A stretch of 62,836 nucleotides of DNA, filler included. It is 10 parts of 10 records of this genome, joined end to end, with 100 filler letters (N's around TTAATTAATTAA, not from the genome) between each part and the next. Parts side by side here need not be neighbours in the genome. Positions count along the whole stretch, not along the records: positions 21,274 to 27,247 come from SRR31156797_142149; positions 27,348 to 32,503 come from SRR31156797_142312; 8 more parts are not named here. One strand, 5' to 3'. The notes beneath the pieces were generated by a model. The model saw only the letters and a list, made by a program, of their open reading frames with translations. It ran no database searches and was not told where the DNA came from. Shown here piece by piece: positions 21,463 to 30,762 of the stretch (position 1 is the stretch's first letter; each line of letters starts with the position of its first letter). The position numbers and the translations under genes are program-made.

Positions 21463-22314
21463 ATGGTCCAAAAAAGCACTTTCAAATCGGTCGTTTTCGC
21501 GGGAGGAGGCAGCCGTTGCGTCTGGCAGGTAGGATTCTGGGAGGCTATAGAACCTGTTTTTAACCTGAATCCGGATGTTGTAACCGGAGTAAGCGCCGGA
21601 GCGACCATGGCCTGCATTATATTGAGCGGACGGGCCGGATTCGCTCTTGAATATATGAAAAGAGCGACCGCCAACAATGAAAAGAATTTCTACCCCGAAA
21701 ACGTGCTAAAAAAAGAGGAATTATTTCCCCACCCCGCGATTTACCGAAAGGCCGTACTGGCGACCATGGACAAGGCGGCCATGGACAAACTGGCAAGCGG
21801 TCCGGAACTCCGAGTCGTTCTCGCCCGGCCGCCGCGTTATACAGGGCCCAGGTCGGCTGTTCTATTAGGCTTTTTATGTTACGCCGTTGAAAAATACACA
21901 AAAGGCCCCCTGCATCCGCAGTTGGCTTCAAAGGCAGGATTTCGCGCCGATATTGTTTCCGCCCGTGAGTGTCGGACCCCGGACGAAGTCGCTGATCTTC
22001 TTTTGGCCTCATCGTGCACTCCGCCCATGCTGCCGGTTATGTATCGGAATAACTCGCCCGTTCTGGACGGCGGATTGGTGGACAATATTCCCGTCTGTGC
22101 GCTCAAAGAGGATGACGGACCGGCCTTGGTGCTGTTAACTAAGCGTTATCCGTTGGAAAAGCTGTCTGAGGCCGGCGACCGCCTTTATGTACAACCTTCC
22201 GAAACAATACCGATATACAAATGGGATTATACAAATCCGGCAGGCCTGCAGAAAGCGTACGACTTAGGCAGAAAGGACGGAGAAAGGTTTGCAAATATTT
22301 ACAAATCACTGTAA
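21463..22314 (+). CDS. Patatin-like phospholipase
   Basis: AGGGSR, GVSAG and DGG motifs. Confidence 0.9.
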   Translation: MVQKSTFKSVVFAGGGSRCVWQVGFWEAIEPVFNLNPDVVTGVSAGATMACIILSGRAGFALEYMKRATANNEKNFYPENVLKKEELFPHPAIYRKAVLATMDKAAMDKLASGPELRVVLARPPRYTGPRSAVLLGFLCYAVEKYTKGPLHPQLASKAGFRADIVSARECRTPDEVADLLLASSCTPPMLPVMYRNNSPVLDGGLVDNIPVCALKEDDGPALVLLTKRYPLEKLSEAGDRLYVQPSETIPIYKWDYTNPAGLQKAYDLGRKDGERFANIYKSL

Positions 22315-22520
22315 TATCCTTTCTTTATCCAAATATGAAAACGTGGGACGGTTTACATCAAATTCGGGATTTCACATTGCAGGCATTTTTAAGGGCTTGA
22401 AAACAAGGCCGCCCTTATTTACTATTTTAGTGTTTGAGGATATCCGCCTGTTGACCGCGGTTGTAACATACCCGTTAAAAGGCGTAAACAATATCCTAAG
22501 TAATTATAGGAACATAGTTA

Positions 22521-23303
22521 ATGAAAAAAAGGCCGCTTTTATTACTTGCCTCCGCAGCCATCATATTGACTTTTATATTCGGTTGCGGCAGCGAGCCTGG
22601 CCCGGAAGAAAAAGCCCGGGCCATTTACGACGAAGCTCTTGAATTGGAAAAGCAGGGCCGGCGGCTCGAGGCCATGCATAAGTATGATCTTCTGATAGAT
22701 TACAAGGAAACCGAGACCTTTGCCGAGGCCAAGGAAGTGCTATTGAAAAAGGGCATCAGTATCGGCGCCGCCGTACAGGCCTGGACGATTCATTTGTTAT
22801 TTAATATTAAAAACGAATACGTCTCGCAAGGCATTATCAGTCATCCTGAAGGAAACGCCAAAGTAAAACTGGACCGTGAAGATTCATGGGGAACTCCCAT
22901 CTGGATAGAATTTGCAAAGAATGAGCGATATGACTTTTTTTTGGTTTCGGCGGGACCTGACAAGGCGTTTAAAACTGATGACGACCTCGCCCTGTATCAT
23001 CATTCGGAGATTGGCGACCGGAAAAGAATTCCGGACCCGCCCGAGGCGACGGAAAATAATCAGCAGGAAGAGGAAAAAAAGGCTAACGCGAAGCCCAAAT
23101 CCATTACAGAGTCTTCGCCTATACTTTACACGGACAAACCGCTTCCTCCACCAACGCCGGAAATTCCCAAAGAGCCTGTAACGAAGAAAAAAATCACTTC
23201 AACAAAAGAACCGACATCAGAAGATCAAGCGGATAAAAAACCGCGAAAAGAGATGAGACGCGGCGAAGAACTTGTTGATTTGGAAGACCTTTTAAAGCAA
23301 TAG
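22521..23303 (+). CDS. Lipoprotein with a GspG-like C-terminal pseudopilin motif and a charged, Pro-rich tail
   Basis: Lipobox IFGC; DSWGTPI...LVSAGPDKAFKTDDD. Confidence 0.65.
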   Translation: MKKRPLLLLASAAIILTFIFGCGSEPGPEEKARAIYDEALELEKQGRRLEAMHKYDLLIDYKETETFAEAKEVLLKKGISIGAAVQAWTIHLLFNIKNEYVSQGIISHPEGNAKVKLDREDSWGTPIWIEFAKNERYDFFLVSAGPDKAFKTDDDLALYHHSEIGDRKRIPDPPEATENNQQEEEKKANAKPKSITESSPILYTDKPLPPPTPEIPKEPVTKKKITSTKEPTSEDQADKKPRKEMRRGEELVDLEDLLKQ

Positions 23304-23315
23304 AGGCATAATTTT

Positions 23316-24101
23316 ATGGATATCGCAACCCTAATCGGCATCATCCTCGGAACCGGATTTGTATTAGGCAGCATACTGCTGAAAGCCAGCATCCTCAATT
23401 TTATTGATGTCGCAAGTATTTTAATTGTCGTGGGAGGCACTGTCGCGGCTACGCTGAACTCATTTCCAATGAAGAGCGTGATAGGGGCTTTTAAAACTTC
23501 TTTAAAAATATTGTTCGGTCATAAGGTTGATCATGTCAAAACACTCCAGGACATGTTGATGATAGCCAACATGGCCAGAAAAGAAGGCCCGCTGGCCCTG
23601 GAAAAGTTTAAAACCGAAGACGCGTTCTTAAAAAAAGGGCTAATGCTGGTAGCGGACGGAACTAGGGGCCCTTCGCTTAAAAGCATCTTGGAGCTTGAGC
23701 GCGACGTCCTGGAAGACCGACACGCTGAAGGTCAAATGATTTTGGAAAAAATGGGGGACCTGGCCCCGGCCTGGGGAATGATCGGCACCCTGATAGGTCT
23801 CGTCATCATGCTTCTTAACCTGGACGACCCCTCTTCCATCGGTCCGGCCATGGCTGTCGCCCTGCTAACCACTTTTTATGGAGCTCTTCTGGCCAACTTT
23901 CTATTTTTCCCGGCAGCCACAAAACTGGAGCACCGAACCGGCGTGGAGGTAGTAAACATAAATCTTATGATTGAAACCATGCTATCCATATCCGAGTCGG
24001 AAAACCCGCGCTTGTTGCAGGAACGACTTTTAGGATTTCTACCGCCCAAGGACAGGCTGGCCGCGGTCCCGGATAAAAAAGCCGGGGCTCAGAAAGAGTA
24101 A
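23316..24101 (+). CDS. motA: MotA/PomA family stator subunit
   Basis: SILIVVGGT, ARKEG, APAWGMIGTLIGL, IGPAMAVALLTTFYG. Confidence 0.9.
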   Translation: MDIATLIGIILGTGFVLGSILLKASILNFIDVASILIVVGGTVAATLNSFPMKSVIGAFKTSLKILFGHKVDHVKTLQDMLMIANMARKEGPLALEKFKTEDAFLKKGLMLVADGTRGPSLKSILELERDVLEDRHAEGQMILEKMGDLAPAWGMIGTLIGLVIMLLNLDDPSSIGPAMAVALLTTFYGALLANFLFFPAATKLEHRTGVEVVNINLMIETMLSISESENPRLLQERLLGFLPPKDRLAAVPDKKAGAQKE

Positions 24102-24105
24102 TTAG

Positions 24106-24927
24106 ATGGCCAAAAAGAAGGAATCCGGCGGCGCTCCCAAATGGATGTCAACATTTGCGGATTTGTCCACTCTCTTGATGACCTTTTTTGTTCTGATGCT
24201 TTCCATGGCTAATGTGGACATTAAAAGTTTCAGGGAGATGCTCGGTTCGATTAAAGAAGGTTTCGGCGTTCAACTGGAACAGGTTGGCAAATACCAGGCC
24301 ACTATCCCCGACCAAATTGACCCTAGCAATCTCAAACCGGGCGAAGGTGAATGGCTGCAGAAAAAAGATGAAGATCTTTACCTGGAAGACATTGAAGATG
24401 AACACGATGAAAAGGCAGATGAAGAAAGAGCGGCCGAAATAGCCAAGGAAAAAGAAAGAAAGGAACAGGCCGAAGCGGCCAAGGAAATACAGGAGGCCAT
24501 AAACCAAACCCAGATGGGAGACATGGCCGAAGTCCAGAGCGGGGCAAATGGAATACGCATCCGGGTAAAAGGCGCCCTGATGTTTTCGGCCGGGCAGGCG
24601 GCCCTTAGGCCCGAAGCGAGGCCGTTTCTGGACAGCCTTGTCCAGGTTCTGCAAAAATTCGAATATAACCTGCTGGTGGAAGGACACACCGACTCATCGC
24701 CCATATCAACAGCTCAATTTCCATCCAACTGGGAACTGTCCGGCGACAGGGCTTCCGCCGTTTTGAGGTACCTTATTACCTGGGGAATTGATCCCGGAAG
24801 AATGACCAGCGTTGGACTGGCGGACAATTATCCTCTTGACACAAATGAAACCGAGGAAGGAAGAGCCAAGAACCGGCGAGTTGAATTCGTGCTGACCAAA
24901 AAATCATTCAGGCCGGAGATAGACTGA
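24106..24927 (+). CDS. motB: MotB/PomB family stator subunit with OmpA-like domain
   Basis: WMSTFADLSTLLMTFFV, EGHTD, SNWELS, NRRVEF. Confidence 0.9.
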   Translation: MAKKKESGGAPKWMSTFADLSTLLMTFFVLMLSMANVDIKSFREMLGSIKEGFGVQLEQVGKYQATIPDQIDPSNLKPGEGEWLQKKDEDLYLEDIEDEHDEKADEERAAEIAKEKERKEQAEAAKEIQEAINQTQMGDMAEVQSGANGIRIRVKGALMFSAGQAALRPEARPFLDSLVQVLQKFEYNLLVEGHTDSSPISTAQFPSNWELSGDRASAVLRYLITWGIDPGRMTSVGLADNYPLDTNETEEGRAKNRRVEFVLTKKSFRPEID

Positions 24928-25001
24928 CGGTCATTACATAACCAGCCGTTATTTTTGATATAACGGATCAGAAATATCGTATAGTGCATTATGGGGGGAT
25001 T

Positions 25002-25565
25002 ATGAAGATAAAGGACAACCTTGTTATTGCGGCCGTGGCAGTCGGGATAATATGGAGTGTTTATTTAATCGATCTGTTTCTCCCCGTGGACCTGCGGATG
25101 TACGGCATACGCCCAAGACAACTGGGCGGTTTGTGGGGACTGATATTCAGCCCGTTCCTTCACGGCGGCCTTCGTCATATAACGGCCAATACCATCCCCC
25201 TTTTCGTTCTGCTCGTATTGGCTCTTTCCTATAACCGTTTTATGGCCTTTGAAGCTTTAATTATCATCGCCCTTGGCGGAGGCGGGCTTGTCTGGCTTTT
25301 TGGCGGCGCGGGGACGGTTCACATCGGCGCCAGCGGCATAATTTTCGGCCTTATCGGTTTTCTGCTGTTTTCAGGCATTTTCCGGCGGGACATAAAGGCG
25401 CTAATAGTTTCTGTGGTTGTATTCTTTTTATACGGCGGAGTGCTTCTGACCGGATTCATACCCAAGTACGGAGTAAGCTGGTCCGGCCACGCCTTTGGAT
25501 TTCTGGCCGGGATAGGGGCCGCCTGGCTATTGGGTAAGGAAAAGGTAGAACAAGAAGCCTCCTGA
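25002..25565 (+). CDS. Rhomboid intramembrane serine protease
   Basis: PFLHGG..HI..N, HIGASG, SWSGH..G. Confidence 0.88.
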   Translation: MKIKDNLVIAAVAVGIIWSVYLIDLFLPVDLRMYGIRPRQLGGLWGLIFSPFLHGGLRHITANTIPLFVLLVLALSYNRFMAFEALIIIALGGGGLVWLFGGAGTVHIGASGIIFGLIGFLLFSGIFRRDIKALIVSVVVFFLYGGVLLTGFIPKYGVSWSGHAFGFLAGIGAAWLLGKEKVEQEAS

Positions 25566-25568
25566 TTA

Positions 25569-26951
25569 CTATGTCTGAGCCGGCGAACTATTGTTTTTAT
25601 TATTGGCCGTTGATTTTTCCTTGATTATCTTTCTGAAACTTGCCGGAAAAGTATTTATCTTTTTGTTCAATGCAGGCAGAAGCTTTATTCCGATAATCTC
25701 TTCAGGCCCAAGTCCGGGCCATCCTAACAATGATGCATATTGGTTGAAAAAAGCAAGGGGCAGGTCGTCTTTTGATTCCCCGCTAAGCATCCCGTAAAAC
25801 AGGCGGGCCATATACAGAACAGCAATACTATCCGACACATTCAGAGGCAGCCTGGACGGCGGTGAATAATCCGCCCGGAGATGATGTTTTACGGAGAGGC
25901 AGACGGATTCGGGCATATTCCACGATCCCAGAAGCAGGGATCCTATCTCGGCGGCATCCAGGCTGTCTATCAGCATGGCCAGGTTGACGTTCTTGTCTTT
26001 CAACAACTGGATAACGCAATAGCCAAGATTGTACAGAAGCCCAACAGTTGCCGCTTCAACGGGCCGTCCCACTCCGGACTCCAGGCTCACTGAAAAAGCA
26101 AGATGGCTGACCGCAACGCTGTCTCGTTGCAGGGCTCTGAATTGCGCCGTGTCCGGCATGGTTCTTCGTAAACCTGCAGTCATTACAAGCTGGTAAACTT
26201 CATTAAACCCGAGAAGAACTATGGCCCGGTGAATGTCCGCGATTTTATTAGGCAGACCGTAATAAGGCGAATTGACGGTCTTTAATACCAAAGCGACCAA
26301 TGAAGGATCTTCCTTGACCATTTTGGAAATTTCGTTGGGCGTGGCGTTTTCATCCAGGAGCTTGACGGCTAGTTCCGTGGCAAAGGCGGGCAGTTGAGGC
26401 ACTTTACTCAAAATGCCTTTTATCATCTGTGATTCCTGGTATTGTAATTCGTTCCGGTTTTGTTTGGCCTGTATATAATCAACGAGATGAGTGTTACTGC
26501 CGGCCAGGGCTGTTTCCCTGGCGGACAGGTCGGCCACCCTCCGGGCCGCCAGATCGTTCAATTTGCGGTAGAAGTATAATTGGGTTTCAGGGTTCAAGGC
26601 GTCAAGCGTCGTCCTGTTAATAACCATAACGCTCGAGGGCGTCCTGGCCACGGCGGATGCTGTTCGCTGGATAGACTGGGTGAAAGCGATTTCCCCCACC
26701 CAGTCGCCCTGCCCTAGGCTGGCGATTTCTTCTTCAATTCCGCCAATATCCTTAACGACCTGGATTACGCCGTCCAAAATAACAAATGCGGTTTGGTCGG
26801 TCTCCCCTTCCCTGATCAGGTATTCTCCCCGCCCAAGTTGTTTTATGGTCGCCAGTTTGTACAGTTCCCCCAGTTCTTTATCGGTTAAACCATCAAAGGG
26901 CGACAAACGGTTTTCCTTGAAATCATTTTGAGAATCGTTCTTTTTTTTCAT
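25569..26951 (-). CDS. Cyclic-nucleotide-binding + HDOD domain signalling protein
   Basis: cNMP motifs LIREGE, GEIAF, RTAS; HDOD motifs DPSLVALVLKTVNSPYYG, AIVLLG, WNMP. Confidence 0.85.
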   Translation of the reverse strand: MKKKNDSQNDFKENRLSPFDGLTDKELGELYKLATIKQLGRGEYLIREGETDQTAFVILDGVIQVVKDIGGIEEEIASLGQGDWVGEIAFTQSIQRTASAVARTPSSVMVINRTTLDALNPETQLYFYRKLNDLAARRVADLSARETALAGSNTHLVDYIQAKQNRNELQYQESQMIKGILSKVPQLPAFATELAVKLLDENATPNEISKMVKEDPSLVALVLKTVNSPYYGLPNKIADIHRAIVLLGFNEVYQLVMTAGLRRTMPDTAQFRALQRDSVAVSHLAFSVSLESGVGRPVEAATVGLLYNLGYCVIQLLKDKNVNLAMLIDSLDAAEIGSLLLGSWNMPESVCLSVKHHLRADYSPPSRLPLNVSDSIAVLYMARLFYGMLSGESKDDLPLAFFNQYASLLGWPGLGPEEIIGIKLLPALNKKINTFPASFRKIIKEKSTANNKNNSSPAQT

Positions 26952-27147
26952 AAAACAGCAGCCTTGTTTCGGAGAAATGAATTACACGGCCCGCGGGAAT
27001 CCCGGGCAAGCTTACCGCCGTTTAAGAGACCCGACAGGAACCACAGCCATTTTTTCAGATTATACAGCATGTTATATGGAATGTAAAGAAATAGGCCAAC
27101 TAAAACAACGCTATCCCCCTTAAAGGGTTTATATTGTACATTGGGGG

Positions 27148-27241
27148 TAATGAAGCTCTCCGTAGCAAGCTGCGGGGTATCAATACGGAAACATGCTATA
27201 TAAAGCAAAGCATGTTACGGGGTATTAAACCCGCTTCATTA
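27148..27241. mobile_element. Small MITE/REP-like palindromic element
   Basis: 9-bp terminal inverted repeat TAATGAAGC...GCTTCATTA; internal hairpins CCGTAGC-AA-GCTGCGG and AACATGCT...AGCATGTT; lies at a contig end. Confidence 0.5.
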
Positions 27242-27359
27242 GACCTTNNNNNNNNNNNNNNNNNNNNNNNNNNNNNNNNNNNNNNNNNNNNTTAATTAAT
27301 TAANNNNNNNNNNNNNNNNNNNNNNNNNNNNNNNNNNNNNNNNNNNNGGGTAACAGCAA

Positions 27360-27403
27360 GGCTTACGCCCCTGGCTACTCACTATCGCCCCGTTGGGGCT
27401 GGG
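27360..27403. repeat. REP-like palindromic repeat at contig edge
   Basis: GGCTTACGCCCCTGGCT...GCCCCGTTGGGGC hairpins. Confidence 0.4.
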
Positions 27404-27527
27404 TTGAGTGTCTCTACACTACAAGGCTATGGTAAACGGAAGAGTAGTAATCACAGGTAACACAGATATATGTTTGATTGTTGAAATTGGATATCAACTG
27501 AAATAAGAGCATATAATCATCGTAATG

Positions 27528-27571
27528 AAAAACCCCCGTGTCGGCATCTGGTTTGCTGACACGGGGGTTTT
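27528..27571 (-). terminator. Terminator after pgk
   Basis: AAAAACCCCCGTGTC...GACACGGGGGTTTTT. Confidence 0.8.
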
Positions 27572-27597
27572 GATTTTCATGCAAGCGTCAGGTGGTC

Positions 27598-28848
27598 TTA
27601 GCCACCACAGCAGCAGCTGCCGCAGGCGTCGTCGAGGACTTCGAGGGCCTTGAAAGGTTTGCCTTCGAGGAACTCGAGGGATGCGCCACCACCGGTGGAG
27701 ATGTGGCTCATCTTTTCGGCGAGTCCGGCCTGGTCGACAGCGGCGGCACTGTCACCACCACCGATGATGCTGATCGCACCGTTTTCGGTTGCTTCGGCAA
27801 CCAGCTTTGCAATCGCCATGGTGCCGTTGTCGAACGGCGGAGTTTCGAAAACACCAACCGGACCGTTCCAGCAGATGGTCTTGGCGCCCAGCAGTTCGCT
27901 CTTGTAGGCTTCGATGGTCTTGGGACCGATGTCGAGACCCATCTGGCCTTCGGGGACGTTTTCATCACAGAGTTCTGTGGCGACACCGTCTTCGATTTTT
28001 GCAGCACAGACGGAGTCAACCGGCAGCATCAGCTTGCCCTTGGCGAGTTCTTCGAGCTTCCTGGCCTGTTCGAAGTGATCGGGTTCGGTCAGGCTCTTGC
28101 CGGTAGACAGGCCATTGGCTGCGGCGAAGGTGTAGCTCATGGCTCCACCGATGAGGATCCTGTCGCACTTGGTGGCGAGGCTTTCGATGACGCCGATCTT
28201 GTCTGAGACCTTCGCACCACCGAGAACCACGACGAACGGACGCTGCGGAGCGGCGACGGCTTCACCGAGGAACTTCAGTTCTTTTTCGATGAGGTAGCCT
28301 ACTACGCGGGGCTTGCCTTCCATCATCTGCGGGACGGTCAGCATCGATGCGTTGTCGCGGTGGCAGGTGCCGAATGCATCGCAGACGTAGGCATCACCGT
28401 ATGCGGCGATCTTCTTGGCAAACTCGTCCTTGGCGGCGCGTAGTTCGGCGTCGTCTTTGGCTTTCTTGTCTTTGACTTCTTCCGGCTTGTGGTAGCGGAG
28501 GTTTTCCAACAGGCAGACCTGGCCGGGCTTGAGGTTGGCGACGATGTTTTCAACTACATCACCGATGCAGTCCGGAGCCATGATGACGTCCTGACCCAGC
28601 AGTTCGCCAAGGCGCTTGGCACACGGAGCGAGCGAGTACTTCGGATTGGGTTCGCCTTTCGGACGACCCAGGTGGCTCATGGCGATAACGCTTCCACCGC
28701 CTTCGAGGACCTTCTTGATGGTCGGCAGGGCACCGCGTATACGACGATCGTCCGTGATGCGGTCGCCGTCGAGCGGGACGTTGAAGTCCACGCGGACGAG
28801 AACTTTCTTGCCTTCAACATTTACGTGTTCGATAGTTTTCTTCGCCAT
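27598..28848 (-). CDS. pgk: Phosphoglycerate kinase
   Basis: RVDFNVP, SHLGRP, LLENLR, GGAKVSDK, WNGPVGVFE, GGGDS, STGGGASLE. Confidence 0.97.
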   Translation of the reverse strand: MAKKTIEHVNVEGKKVLVRVDFNVPLDGDRITDDRRIRGALPTIKKVLEGGGSVIAMSHLGRPKGEPNPKYSLAPCAKRLGELLGQDVIMAPDCIGDVVENIVANLKPGQVCLLENLRYHKPEEVKDKKAKDDAELRAAKDEFAKKIAAYGDAYVCDAFGTCHRDNASMLTVPQMMEGKPRVVGYLIEKELKFLGEAVAAPQRPFVVVLGGAKVSDKIGVIESLATKCDRILIGGAMSYTFAAANGLSTGKSLTEPDHFEQARKLEELAKGKLMLPVDSVCAAKIEDGVATELCDENVPEGQMGLDIGPKTIEAYKSELLGAKTICWNGPVGVFETPPFDNGTMAIAKLVAEATENGAISIIGGGDSAAAVDQAGLAEKMSHISTGGGASLEFLEGKPFKALEVLDDACGSCCCGG

Positions 28849-29005
28849 GTCCTGATCCGTTCCTTTCGTGAGTCGTCTCACTTGCTATACCGGTCATCCG
28901 GTTGAGTCATGATGTTTATTGTTCGCCCGGACAAGCAGCAGGCTCGTGCGGGTTCGGGCTATTATCGTCGAGTGGGTCGGGTTCGCAAGGATTCTCGGAG
29001 GCGTT

Positions 29006-30004
29006 TCAGGATCCGTTGGTGGAAATATTCACGGTATCGATGACCGAGATCGAGCCTGAACTGGCGTTGGGTGTGCGACCGAGCAGGCAGACGAAGAGGG
29101 CTTCGCCCGTGACGCTGTCTTCGTTCGGGGATGTGCCGAACGCGATTCCGACAGGCCAGGACAGTGCGCCTGCGAGGGTGGATTTCGTCCCGGTTTCGGT
29201 GTTCCAGGCGTATACCTTGCCCTGGCCGCTGGAGCTCAGTTCGATCCAGGCGACGGCGCTGTCGCTGGGACGGAGGGTGAGGTCCATCACAGGATTTTCG
29301 GTGGTGGTGAGTTTGCCTGTGTATCCGAGCTGACCGTCTTCGGCGGTCGGATCGATGATATGGATTGCACCGGCTCCGTCCTGGGAGAATCCGATCAGGA
29401 GCTGGCCTTCGGCATTGAATGCCAGGGCAGAGGGGGCACCTGCACTGTAGGGGGATGCGGTTGTGTCTTCGATGAATGCGACCGGTTCGTCATAACCCTC
29501 GTCGGCAGCTTCGGCGACGAAGAGTTTGTTGGTTCCGGTGCTGGCGATGAAGAGACGACCGGTTGCAGAGTCTTCAGCCACGGCATAGAAGTCGTTGCCA
29601 CCGAGGGGGATCAGGGGATCGCCGGATGCGGTGCCGTCTGTTCCGTAGAACGAGACTTTCTCACCGCCGGATCGATTTCCGCCTTCGCCGACGATCAGAC
29701 CATCCGTGCCTTGTGCGATGGACAGTGGACCGATCTCCCACGGGCTGTAGGTTCCCATGTCGAAGCCAGTAATGAGGGGCGTGATTGTTCCTGCGGAATC
29801 AATGGTGACGACGCGACCTGCACCGCTTTCGGCGACGATGACTCCACCGTCTGTTCCGGCAAGGATGTCCGTCGGATTGTTGAGTCCTGTTGTAAGGTCA
29901 GCGGTACTTTTCTGTGTCGTGGGGAGTTCGCCATACCACTGGCAGGAAACCAACATCAGGCTGGTAATGGCCAGAAGCGAGAAGCGGGCACATCTTTTGC
30001 ACAT
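29006..30004 (-). CDS. Beta-propeller lipoprotein (ScyD/ScyE-like)
   Basis: Lipobox LVSC; GLNNP..I, VIVAESGAG, LSWPVGIAFG repeats. Confidence 0.65.
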   Translation of the reverse strand: MCKRCARFSLLAITSLMLVSCQWYGELPTTQKSTADLTTGLNNPTDILAGTDGGVIVAESGAGRVVTIDSAGTITPLITGFDMGTYSPWEIGPLSIAQGTDGLIVGEGGNRSGGEKVSFYGTDGTASGDPLIPLGGNDFYAVAEDSATGRLFIASTGTNKLFVAEAADEGYDEPVAFIEDTTASPYSAGAPSALAFNAEGQLLIGFSQDGAGAIHIIDPTAEDGQLGYTGKLTTTENPVMDLTLRPSDSAVAWIELSSSGQGKVYAWNTETGTKSTLAGALSWPVGIAFGTSPNEDSVTGEALFVCLLGRTPNASSGSISVIDTVNISTNGS

Positions 30005-30072
30005 CACTGGAGATCTCAACAACTCAATCCTCCCGCTTCTCACTTCGTCAAAGCCAGAACTTATTCTATCAA

Positions 30073-30672
30073 TCAGATCTTGCCCGAGATGCACTTGCTC
30101 AGCGCATCGGCAATGTCACGCAGAACTGCCAGCGGATGCTGATCGGCATTGATGTTGATCAGCAGCGATGCATCATAGCAGTCGAGTACGGGTTTCGTTT
30201 CGTCTTCATAGACCTTGATGCGGTTGCGAATGACAGATTCGTCGGCATCGTCCGGTCGGCCGGACTTGGTTGCCCGCAGGCTGAGGCGTTTGACGAGGGC
30301 GTCATGATCTTCAATCACCAGGTGAACAACCTTCTGTACGTTGACGACACCCTTGAGCAGTTCAACCTGGCTCGGTGTACGCGGCAGACCATCGAGCAGA
30401 AGCGTATGGTAGTCCGGCTTGTATTCGCCCTTGTCGATCAGTTCCTGGACGTGGGCTTTCCAGACGCGAACGGTCAGTTCGTCGGGGACCAGCAGGCCTT
30501 TCGTGGAGTAGGAGAGGAACTCTTTCCCGAGTTCGCTTTCCTTGTCGAGGCTGCGGAAGATGTCACCCATGGCGAGGTGAAACAGGTTCGGCATTCCGCA
30601 CAGGATTTCCCCCTGGGTTCCCTTGCCTGATCCGGGGTATCCGAACAATAGAACTGCGTTGTATTCTGCCAC
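30073..30672 (-). CDS. adk: Adenylate kinase (short-LID type)
   Basis: GYPGSGKGTQ, GDIFR, GLLVPD, LDGLPRT, GRPDD. Confidence 0.92.
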   Translation of the reverse strand: MAEYNAVLLFGYPGSGKGTQGEILCGMPNLFHLAMGDIFRSLDKESELGKEFLSYSTKGLLVPDELTVRVWKAHVQELIDKGEYKPDYHTLLLDGLPRTPSQVELLKGVVNVQKVVHLVIEDHDALVKRLSLRATKSGRPDDADESVIRNRIKVYEDETKPVLDCYDASLLININADQHPLAVLRDIADALSKCISGKI

Positions 30673-30762
30673 GTATCATTCTCCTTGTTTGTGGGTACGT
30701 TTTCGGGTTATGAATCCACTCGCTTCTGGTCGTCAATCCGGCAGGTCTCATTCGGGGATCGA

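Noticed and set aside
23316-24927. motAB as Zorya zorAB
   Set aside because: MotA is 261 aa with no long cytoplasmic tail and there are no zorC/D/E-like genes. The motifs are those of ordinary stators.
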